From NCBI GenBank assembly GCA_012799975.1, contig JAAZKF010000342.1, positions 1 to 39,956 of the forward strand: DNA of 39,956 nucleotides, read 5' to 3'. The notes beneath the pieces were generated by a model. The model was not told where the DNA came from. It was given only the letters and a program-made list of their open reading frames with translations, and did no database searches. This document shows, one piece after another, positions 26,287 through 33,840 of the stretch. Position 1 is the stretch's first letter, and every line of letters starts with the position of its first letter. This stretch comes from Burkholderiales bacterium. GTDB lineage: Bacteria > Vulcanimicrobiota > Xenobia > Xenobiales > Xenobiaceae. Both the position numbers and the translations under genes were made by a program.

Positions 26287-27261
26287 ATGACTCTTGATTG
26301 TGCTGTGACTTTTCCTGGCCAGGGTTCTCAGCGCCCCGGCATGGCCCTGGATTTTATCGAAGAAATCCCCGAATCGCGAGAAGTCTTCGCTGAAGCGAAC
26401 AGCGTGCTGCCCTTCAACGTGGAAGAGCTGTGCCGGCCAGCCGATCCGGGTTCTGAATATGGCGACCCGCGCCTGGAGCAGACCGAGTATGCCCAACCCT
26501 GCATCCTGACTGCGGAGATCGCCATGCTGAGGGGACTCCAGGCCCGCTTCGGCTTCCAACCCCGCTGGTTTGGAGGCCACAGCCTGGGTGAGTACACCGC
26601 GCTGGTGGCTGCCGGAGTCGTCCCCTTCAAGACGGCCGTCCGCCTGGTCCATGCCCGGGGGCAAGCGATGCAGAAGGCGGCTCCGCTGGGTTTCGGGGCC
26701 ATGACGGCCCTGATCCGGGAGGGCCTTCCCCTGGATGAGATCAAGGAGCTGGCCCGTCAGCTGGGAGTCGACCTGGCCAACGACAACTCGCCCAACCAGG
26801 CCGTGGTGAGCGGACCGCGCGAGGCCATCGAAGAACTCTCGGCCGAATTGGCCAGCCGCCACGAAGAGGACCTCCGAATCGTCCCCCTGGCTGTGAGCGC
26901 TCCCTTCCACTCGCGCTACATGGCCGAGGCCGAGGCCGATTTCAAGGAAGTCCTCCAAGAGGCTGGCCGGGAGTTCCGTCCGGAGCTCGCGGCATGCGTC
27001 ACCTCCAACTACACGGGCCGATTCCACACCGGAAAGCTGGAGGATCTGATCGAGTCGCTGACCCGCCAGGTGGCCTCTCCGGTCCGCTGGCGCGACAACA
27101 TGGCCGCCCTGGCCAGTGTGACCAGCAACCTCTTTGAGGTAGGCCCCGGCCGCCCCTTGGGTAATTTCTTCAAAGCCGCAGGCCTGAAGGTTCCCTCCAT
27201 CGTCGACCTGCGCTCGGCCCGTCGCGCACTGGAAGCATCTCCCGCGGTAGCCAAAGCCTGA
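26287..27261 (+). CDS. fabD: Malonyl-CoA:ACP transacylase-type acyltransferase
   Basis: FPGQGSQRPGM and the nucleophile motif GHSLGEYTALVAAG are present. 324 aa. Its stop overlaps the next start (TGATG). Confidence 0.88.
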   Translation: MTLDCAVTFPGQGSQRPGMALDFIEEIPESREVFAEANSVLPFNVEELCRPADPGSEYGDPRLEQTEYAQPCILTAEIAMLRGLQARFGFQPRWFGGHSLGEYTALVAAGVVPFKTAVRLVHARGQAMQKAAPLGFGAMTALIREGLPLDEIKELARQLGVDLANDNSPNQAVVSGPREAIEELSAELASRHEEDLRIVPLAVSAPFHSRYMAEAEADFKEVLQEAGREFRPELAACVTSNYTGRFHTGKLEDLIESLTRQVASPVRWRDNMAALASVTSNLFEVGPGRPLGNFFKAAGLKVPSIVDLRSARRALEASPAVAKA

Positions 27262-28196
27262 TGATTCGCTTCGACTCCAACCAATGGGCCGTGATCCTGG
27301 GTGGTTCTAGCGGCTTCGGCCTGGCCACGGCGCGCAAGATGGCTGCCCACGGCATGTCCGTGGCCGTCGTCCATCGGGACAGGCGCGGCGCCATGCCCAG
27401 GGTCGAGCCGGCCTTCGACGAGATCCGCAGCCACGGCCACGGGTTCCTGGCCCTGAACCTCGATGCCCTGGCCCCCGAGGGTCAGTCCAAGACCCTGGAA
27501 GCCCTGAAGGAGGCGATGGGTTCCCAGGGCCGGGTCCAGATGCTGTTGCACTCCATAGCCTTCGGGAACCTCAAGCCCCTGGTGGCCAGTCGCGCCCCGC
27601 GGCGGGGCGAGCAGGCCCTCCAGAGACTGGCGGAGGAGCTCGGAATCCCCTCGGACGAACTGCAGGGGACCCTGGAGCGCCTGGCTCAGGACGGAGAGGC
27701 TCCGCTGCAGACCTTGTTGCCCATTCCTGAAGGGCAGGCCCTCATGGAAGACGAGGATGTGGCCCGAACGATCTTCAGCATGGGCACCAGCCTGTTGACC
27801 TGGGTTCGCCTCTTCCACGAGAACGGTCTCTTCGCCGAGGATGCCCGCGTCTTCGGCCTGACCAGTGAGGGCAACCAGGTGGCCTGGCCAGGCTACTCCG
27901 CCGTGGCCGCCGCCAAGGTCGCCTTGGAATCGATCTCCCGAGCCATCGCCGTCGAGTTCGGTCCCTACGGAATCCGCTCGAATGTCCTGCAAGCGGGCGT
28001 TACCGACACCCCGGCCCTGCGCCTGATTCCCGGCAGCGCCCGCATGGTGGCCCATTCCTTGATGCGCAATCCCTTGGGACGCCTGACCACACCCATGGAT
28101 GTGGCCAACGTGATCTGCCTGATGTGCACGCCAGAAGCGGCCTGGGTCAACGGAACCGTGATCCGGGTCGACGGCGGGGAGAACGTCTCGGCATGA
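27261..28196 (+). CDS. SDR-superfamily oxidoreductase, enoyl-ACP-reductase-like (Y-x6-K), with an internal ~55 aa insertion
   Basis: Rossmann motif AVILGGSSGFGLATARKMA. Active-site region PGYSAVAAAKVALE has FabI-type Tyr-x6-Lys spacing rather than classical YxxxK. An extra helical segment (VASRAPRRGEQALQRLAEELGIPSDELQGTLERLAQDGEAPLQTLLPIPEGQ) is inserted after the beta4 region. Confidence 0.65.
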   Translation: MIRFDSNQWAVILGGSSGFGLATARKMAAHGMSVAVVHRDRRGAMPRVEPAFDEIRSHGHGFLALNLDALAPEGQSKTLEALKEAMGSQGRVQMLLHSIAFGNLKPLVASRAPRRGEQALQRLAEELGIPSDELQGTLERLAQDGEAPLQTLLPIPEGQALMEDEDVARTIFSMGTSLLTWVRLFHENGLFAEDARVFGLTSEGNQVAWPGYSAVAAAKVALESISRAIAVEFGPYGIRSNVLQAGVTDTPALRLIPGSARMVAHSLMRNPLGRLTTPMDVANVICLMCTPEAAWVNGTVIRVDGGENVSA

Positions 28197-29179
28197 TGCA
28201 CCTGCACGGAATGGGGCATTTTCACCCGCCCAACCGGTTAGACAACGACTTCCTGACCAGCCTGGACATCGGCACTGACGAGTCGTGGATCCTGGAACGC
28301 GTCGGGATCCGCTGCCGGCGCACGGTGCTTGACCTGGACTACATCGCCTCCACCCGCAACGCAGATCCCCGCCTGGCTGCTGCCGCCTCCACCCACAGCA
28401 ACGCCCAGACCGGCGCCTCTGCGGCCCGTATGGCCTTGGAACGGGCGGGTTTGGAACCCAAGGATATCGGGATGGTCTGGGCGGGAGGGTGCTCGCCCCA
28501 GCACACCATCCCCGCCGAAGCCAGCAAGATCGCCGCCGAACTCTGCATACAGGCTCCCGTCCTGGACATCGGCTCGGCCTGTTCGACCTTCGCGGCCCAG
28601 ATGCACCTGGCGGCGGGGATGCGCCCGGAAAGCCTTCCCGACTATCTACTGCTGATCAGCACCGAGAACAATACCCGGACGGTGGACTACCGCGACCGCG
28701 CCACCGCCGTGCTGTGGGGAGACGGCAGTTCAGCGGCCATCGTCTCACCCCGGGTCCCCTCCCGCATGCGCGTAGTCCATACCACCCTGGCCTCGGATCC
28801 CGCCGGTTGGGACAAGGTGACCATCCCCACGGGCGGACACTTCAGCCAGCATGGGCGAGCCGTCCAGGGATTCGCCATCCGCCGGACGGCCGAGACCCTT
28901 GAATCCCTCCGCAGCCGCTCGCGACGAACCCCTGAACACTTCCACTTCATCGGCCACCAGGCCAACCTGCTGATGCTGCAGAACGTCTGCGAGCGATGTG
29001 GAATCCCGCCGGAACGGCATCACTTCAACGTCGCTGAGTACGGTAACACCGGCGCAGCCGGAGCCCCCTGCGTCCTTTCCCAGAACTGGGAGCATTTCCA
29101 CGAGGGGGACGAGATCGCCCTGGTGGTGGTCGGTTCGGGGCTGACCTGGGGTGGAGTCCTGCTTGAGGTGCACGGGTGA
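28193..29179 (+). CDS. fabH: 3-oxoacyl-ACP synthase III (FabH-like)
   Basis: Start at ATG 28193 (ATGA overlap with the upstream stop). FabH N-terminus (GTDESWILERVGIRCRR). Cys-His-Asn triad contexts: GSACSTF, IGHQANLLML and EYGNTGAAGAP. Confidence 0.85.
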   Translation: MMHLHGMGHFHPPNRLDNDFLTSLDIGTDESWILERVGIRCRRTVLDLDYIASTRNADPRLAAAASTHSNAQTGASAARMALERAGLEPKDIGMVWAGGCSPQHTIPAEASKIAAELCIQAPVLDIGSACSTFAAQMHLAAGMRPESLPDYLLLISTENNTRTVDYRDRATAVLWGDGSSAAIVSPRVPSRMRVVHTTLASDPAGWDKVTIPTGGHFSQHGRAVQGFAIRRTAETLESLRSRSRRTPEHFHFIGHQANLLMLQNVCERCGIPPERHHFNVAEYGNTGAAGAPCVLSQNWEHFHEGDEIALVVVGSGLTWGGVLLEVHG

Positions 29180-29766
29180 AATACGCAGATTTCCTGAAAC
29201 GGACTGAATTTGACAAAGAAGAGCTGCTGGCCTTCGCTCGCGGCAACCTGGTGGAAGACCCGCCCTGTCCCGACTTCTCGGCCCTGCCTGCACCGCCGAT
29301 GCTGATGTTCGACCGGGTCATGGACATCCGGCGCGAAGGTCCCAAGGGTTTCCTGGCTGCCGAACAGGATGTCCGGGTGGACGAGTGGTTCTTCCACTGC
29401 CATTTCCGGAACGATCCGGTGCAGCCCGGTTGCCTCGGAGTCGACGCCATCTGGCAGATGATCGGTTTCTACGCCTGCCTGCGCGGAGGGCTGGGCGTGG
29501 GTCGGGCCCTGGGTTCCAAGGAGATCGAGTTCCGGGGGCAGATCCGTCCCCACGACCGCCTCGTCCGCTACGAGGTGGAAATCCGCCGCTACACCGAACT
29601 CCCTGCCAGCGGCTCGACGCTGGCCATCGGAACCGGAACCGTCTCGGTCGATGGAGAGTGCATCTACACAATCAAGGACGCCAAGGTCGGCCTCTTCCGC
29701 AACATCCAATACCCTGACTATCCGCATCGTTCAGAGAAATCACGAGGAGGTCTCCTGGTCCGTTGA
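29176..29766 (+). CDS. fabA: FabA-type 3-hydroxyacyl-ACP dehydratase/isomerase
   Basis: Aligns along its length with E. coli FabA from memory: LPAPPMLMFDRV, WFFHCHFRNDPVQPGCLGVDAIWQMIGFY, GRALG..EIEFRGQI and KVGLF. GTGA overlap with fabH. Confidence 0.88.
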   Translation: MKYADFLKRTEFDKEELLAFARGNLVEDPPCPDFSALPAPPMLMFDRVMDIRREGPKGFLAAEQDVRVDEWFFHCHFRNDPVQPGCLGVDAIWQMIGFYACLRGGLGVGRALGSKEIEFRGQIRPHDRLVRYEVEIRRYTELPASGSTLAIGTGTVSVDGECIYTIKDAKVGLFRNIQYPDYPHRSEKSRGGLLVR

Positions 29767-30482
29767 AAGTCGCACTAGTTACCGGTGGCGCCACCGGAAT
29801 CGGCGCGGCCTGCTGCCGAGCCCTGAGTCAGGCTGGCCTCGCGGTCGGAATCCACCACCGCACCAGCGCAGCGGCTGCCCAGGCATTACAGGAGGAATTG
29901 GGTGAGAACACCTTCCTGGTCAGCGCGGATCTTTCCACCACCGAAGGGGTCGACGCGGTCTACGAAGTCATGCGCCAGCGCGGTGGCCTGGAGGTCCTGG
30001 TCAACAACGCTGGAGCCACGGCGGACGCTCCCCTGTTCAGCGCGCGCCTGGAGGACTTCGACCGGGTCGTGGCCACCAACATGCGCAGCACCTGGTACCT
30101 CACCAAGCGCTTGGCCCGCTTGATGATGCGCCAGCGCTCGGGCCGGATCATCAACATCTCCAGCGTGGTCGGCAGCACCGGCAACCCGGGCCAGAGCGTC
30201 TACGGGATGACCAAGGCCGCCATCGACAACTTCACGCGGACGGCAGCCGCCGAACTGGCCGACTATGGAATACTGGTCAACGCTGTCGCTCCGGGATTCA
30301 TCGAGACCGCGATGACACAGGTCCTGCCCGAAGAGATCCGCGAGGGGATCCTGGCGAGGGTCCCCCTCAAGAGGATGGGGACCCCCCAGGAAGTGGCCGC
30401 CATGGTGCGCTTCCTGGCCCTGGAGGCCACCTACTGCACGGGGACGACCTTCCACGTGAACGGAGGGATGTACGGTGGCTGA
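29763..30482 (+). CDS. fabG: 3-oxoacyl-ACP reductase
   Basis: VTGGATGIG, NNAG and Ser...YGMTKAA (YxxxK) are classical SDR/FabG motifs. TTGA overlap with fabA. Confidence 0.9.
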   Translation: MKVALVTGGATGIGAACCRALSQAGLAVGIHHRTSAAAAQALQEELGENTFLVSADLSTTEGVDAVYEVMRQRGGLEVLVNNAGATADAPLFSARLEDFDRVVATNMRSTWYLTKRLARLMMRQRSGRIINISSVVGSTGNPGQSVYGMTKAAIDNFTRTAAAELADYGILVNAVAPGFIETAMTQVLPEEIREGILARVPLKRMGTPQEVAAMVRFLALEATYCTGTTFHVNGGMYGG

Positions 30483-30945
30483 CCCGAAAGCTGGCCTCAC
30501 ACCGGAGGAGGTGCTGGCCAGGGTACCTCAGCAGAGGCCCTTCCGCTTCGTGGACGAGATCCTTGAATTGGACTCGGAGAAGATCACGGGACGCTACACC
30601 TTCCGCCCGGACGAGAGCTTCTATGAGGGGCATTTTCCTGGCCGCCCCGTCACTCCGGGTGTCATCCTGTTGGAGTGCATGTGCCAGGTGGGCGTGGTGG
30701 CTTTGGGGATCTACCTGCTCTCGCGGGAGGTCGAACCCGAAGAGATCCCCCACTGGACGACCATGTTCGCCGACGCCACGGTCGAATTCTGCCGTCCCGT
30801 CCTGCCGGGCGAGCGGGTGACCATCCGGGGAACCCGGGAAATCTGGCGGCGCCGCAAACTGCGCTCGCGGATCGAAATGTACAACGAGGAAGGAGTGCTC
30901 GTGGCCAGCGCAACCGCGTCGGGCATGGGCGTGCGCCATGAATAG
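30475..30945 (+). CDS. fabZ: FabZ-like hot-dog 3-hydroxyacyl-ACP dehydratase
   Basis: PQQRPFRFVDEILEL...FYEGHFPGRPVTPGVILLECMCQ carries the FabZ catalytic His (GHFP) and Glu contexts. GTG start, 8 nt overlap with fabG. Confidence 0.8.
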   Translation: MADPKAGLTPEEVLARVPQQRPFRFVDEILELDSEKITGRYTFRPDESFYEGHFPGRPVTPGVILLECMCQVGVVALGIYLLSREVEPEEIPHWTTMFADATVEFCRPVLPGERVTIRGTREIWRRRKLRSRIEMYNEEGVLVASATASGMGVRHE

Positions 30946-32206
30946 GGTCGTCATTACCGGCATGGGGATCATCGCCCCCAATGCCCACGGTCTGGAAGAT
31001 TTCGAGCAGGCCTTGCGCCAGGGCCGATCCGGGCTGCGGCACCTGCCCCATCTGGTTGATCTCAACTTCACCTGCCAGGTCGCAGGGGTCCCCCAGGGGT
31101 ATGAGGAGTTGGCCCGGGAGTACTTCACCCCCGACAGGCTGGTGGCCATGAATTCCGGGATGATCTTCGCGGGAATCGCCGGGATCGACTGCTGGCGCGA
31201 CGCGGGGCTGCCGCTACCGGACCCCATCGAAGGGCCGGTCGACTGGCAGACGGGGGCCGTCATCGGCACCGGGGTCGGGGGCGTGGACACCCTGGGCGAC
31301 GTGGTCATCCCCCGGGTCAAGGAGGGCAAGGTACGCCGCATCGGCAGCACCTCGGTCGAGCAGACCATGGCCAGCGCCGTCAGCGGATGCCTGGGAGGCC
31401 TGCTGGCCATGGGCGGCCAGGTGACCACCAACTCCAGCGCCTGCACCACGGGCACCGAAGCCATCATCCAGGCCTTCTGGCACCTCCAGGCGGGCCGGGC
31501 CCGGCGGATGATGGCCGGGGGTGTGGAAGGAGCCTCAGAGTACATCTGGGCTGGATTCGACGCCATGCGCGTTCTGGCTCGAGGCTTCAATGAACGTCCG
31601 GAAGAAGCCTCACGCCCCATGAGTGCTTCCGCCAGCGGTTTCGTCCCGGGTTCGGGAGCCGGTCTCCTGATGCTGGAAACGCTGGAGTCCGCCCGGGAAA
31701 GAGGCGCCCGGATCTACGCCGAGGTCATGGGAGGTCACGTCAACTGTGGTGGCCAGCGCAATGGAGGCAGCACCACCGCCCCCAACCCCGAAGGTGTGAG
31801 GCGCTGCATCCAAGGCGCCCTGGCTTCAGCGGGCCTGACCCCCGATGACATCGACCTCATCAACGGTCATCTGACGGCCACCATGGCTGACCCCCTGGAG
31901 GTCCAGAACTGGGCTGCCGTGCTGCAACGCGACCCCCAGGACTTCCCCTGGATCAACTCGACCAAGTCGCTAATCGGTCACGGCCTGGGCGCCGCCGGAG
32001 GCATGGAATGCGTGGCCTCGGTGCTGCAGTTGTCGCGAGGTTTCGTACACGGTTCTGCGAACTGCCAGGATCTGCACCCGACCCTCGAGCCCTACAGCGC
32101 ACGAATTCCCCACCAGACTCGCAAAACGGACGCCCGGATACTGGCCAAGGCCAGCTTCGGATTCGGTGATGTGAACGGATGCGTCCTGTTCCGCAAGTGG
32201 GAATGA
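30938..32206 (+). CDS. 3-oxoacyl-ACP synthase I/II (KAS, Cys-His-His type)
   Basis: RVVITGMGIIAP, active-site Cys in NSSACTTGTEAI, and His contexts NGHLTATMADPLE and STKSLIGHGLGAAG. 422 aa, 8 nt overlap with the upstream gene. The segment GGHVNCGGQRNGGSTTAPNPEG differs from housekeeping FabF and FabB. Confidence 0.88.
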   Translation: MNRVVITGMGIIAPNAHGLEDFEQALRQGRSGLRHLPHLVDLNFTCQVAGVPQGYEELAREYFTPDRLVAMNSGMIFAGIAGIDCWRDAGLPLPDPIEGPVDWQTGAVIGTGVGGVDTLGDVVIPRVKEGKVRRIGSTSVEQTMASAVSGCLGGLLAMGGQVTTNSSACTTGTEAIIQAFWHLQAGRARRMMAGGVEGASEYIWAGFDAMRVLARGFNERPEEASRPMSASASGFVPGSGAGLLMLETLESARERGARIYAEVMGGHVNCGGQRNGGSTTAPNPEGVRRCIQGALASAGLTPDDIDLINGHLTATMADPLEVQNWAAVLQRDPQDFPWINSTKSLIGHGLGAAGGMECVASVLQLSRGFVHGSANCQDLHPTLEPYSARIPHQTRKTDARILAKASFGFGDVNGCVLFRKWE

Positions 32207-32226
32207 ACCTCAGAGGAGAACAAGAC

Positions 32227-32472
32227 ATGGATCAGCAGACCGCCTTGGAAAAAGTCACTGCCATCATCAAACCCTACGCCAAGAACCTGGCCCCCCTCGA
32301 GGAGGGGAACCTGGAAGCCCGGATCCTGGAAGACCTGGGCGTGAACTCCGCACGCCTGGTGGACATCATCCTGGCTTTCGAGGATGAGTTCGGCATCTCG
32401 ATCGACGACGATACCGCAGACAAGGTCCGCACGATCAACGACGCCGTACAGGTCATCTTGAGCCAGGCTTGA
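32227..32472 (+). CDS. Acyl carrier protein, divergent (81 aa)
   Basis: ATG 32227, with AGAGGAGAA upstream. Four-helix ACP pattern. The phosphopantetheine Ser lies in LEDLGVNSARLVDI rather than the near-invariant housekeeping DLGADSLD. Confidence 0.78.
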   Translation: MDQQTALEKVTAIIKPYAKNLAPLEEGNLEARILEDLGVNSARLVDIILAFEDEFGISIDDDTADKVRTINDAVQVILSQA

Positions 32473-33242
32473 CCCCCATTCCCCCTGCCCTGGGCCATCG
32501 CGACCGGCTGGGACTCTTCCTGCAGCGGGCGATGGCCTGGGCCTTCACTCCGGTCAGTTACTACCTGACCTGGTTCTGGATGCGCTTCGTGCGCGGCTAC
32601 CGCATTTCCGGCATGCGGGCCTTCCGCGACGAGATAAGGCGGAAACTGGGGCCGCATAGGACTCCCCTGCTGGTCTGCCCCAACCACCTGACGGCCATCG
32701 ACTCGCTGGTCCTGATCTGGGCTCTCGGTTCAGGCCTTCACTACCTCCAGAAAGACCGGGACTTCGCCTGGAACCTGCCCGAGCGCCGCAACCTGGGAGA
32801 AGGCCTGCTCCTGCTCGTGGCCTGCTACCTGTGCAAGTGCATTCCGGTCCTGCGCCAGGGTCCTCCCGAGGTGACGGCACGAACCATGTCCAAGATCCGA
32901 CACCTCCTGGCCGGGGGGCACCGGGTGATGATCTTCCCCGAGGGGACGCGCAGCCGGAGCGGGCGGGTCGACACCCGGGACTTCGCCTACGGAACGGGCC
33001 GCCTGGTCCAGGAAGTCCCGGGAACACGGGTCCTGTGTGTCTACCTCCGGGGCCTGGGCCAGGAGGTCTGCAGCTACCTCCCCCGCCGCGGAGAGACCTT
33101 CCACCTGTGCTTCGACGTCCTGGAACCCACCTCACCCAACAAGGGTCTGCGCGGATCGCGGGATATCTCGCGCCTCATCGTCGAGCGCCTGGCTTCCCTG
33201 GAAGAGGAATGGTTTGCCAACCACCGCCCGACTGGGCAATGA
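32469..33242 (+). CDS. PlsC/LPLAT-family acyltransferase
   Basis: Acyltransferase motif I CPNHLTAIDS (HxxxxD) and motif III IFPEGTRSRSG are present. Hydrophobic N-terminus. TTGA overlap with the ACP stop. Confidence 0.83.
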   Translation: MTPIPPALGHRDRLGLFLQRAMAWAFTPVSYYLTWFWMRFVRGYRISGMRAFRDEIRRKLGPHRTPLLVCPNHLTAIDSLVLIWALGSGLHYLQKDRDFAWNLPERRNLGEGLLLLVACYLCKCIPVLRQGPPEVTARTMSKIRHLLAGGHRVMIFPEGTRSRSGRVDTRDFAYGTGRLVQEVPGTRVLCVYLRGLGQEVCSYLPRRGETFHLCFDVLEPTSPNKGLRGSRDISRLIVERLASLEEEWFANHRPTGQ

Positions 33243-33840
33243 CCTGGTCGACCTGACCACCCCCCACACGGCGGGCAAAGCCCGGGACCTGCGCTTCCTG
33301 AGGCGTGTCTTCACTGCGGCTGAGCAGGATCGGATCGCCTCTTCCCCGGACCCCGACCGGGTCCTGTGGAAGCTTTGGAGTGCCAAGGAAGCCGCCTACA
33401 AGGCCTGGTCCCGATACCTTCCGGATCTGGTCTTCGCCCATTCGCGATTCGAGGTGGACCCTGAGGACGGCTCGGTCAGGCTTCCCCAGGGCCTATGTCG
33501 GGTCCACTGGTGCGAGCAGGAGGAATGGATCCACTGCCTGGCCTGGACCGGATTCCCGGAGGGGCTTTCCTGGAAGGTGGAGGGTCTGCCCAAGGGAGTC
33601 CCCGAGAACGGCCCAGAGGCCATCACAATCCCCTCCCTGCAGGCACGAGACCTGGCCGCGAGGCTTCTGGCCGGGATCGGCCTGCCAGGAGCCCGGCTGC
33701 ACCGGGAAGACCGGAGACCACCGGTGGTTCTTCTCGAAGGGCGGCTCCTGGAAGGGTTCCTGGTGTCCTGGTCCCACGACGGAAACCGGGTAGCTGCAGC
33801 CGTAGCCCGGACCGGGAGAGGCCAAGAAATCCCCCTATGA
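33214..33840 (+). CDS. 4'-phosphopantetheinyl transferase superfamily protein
   Basis: LGNDLVDL (the GxDxxxx motif) and LWSAKEAAYKA (the W-x-x-KEA-x-x-K motif) are present. Start tentatively at TTG 33214, with GGAAGAGGAA upstream. This gives a 29 nt overlap with the acyltransferase gene. Confidence 0.72.
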   Translation: MPTTARLGNDLVDLTTPHTAGKARDLRFLRRVFTAAEQDRIASSPDPDRVLWKLWSAKEAAYKAWSRYLPDLVFAHSRFEVDPEDGSVRLPQGLCRVHWCEQEEWIHCLAWTGFPEGLSWKVEGLPKGVPENGPEAITIPSLQARDLAARLLAGIGLPGARLHREDRRPPVVLLEGRLLEGFLVSWSHDGNRVAAAVARTGRGQEIPL

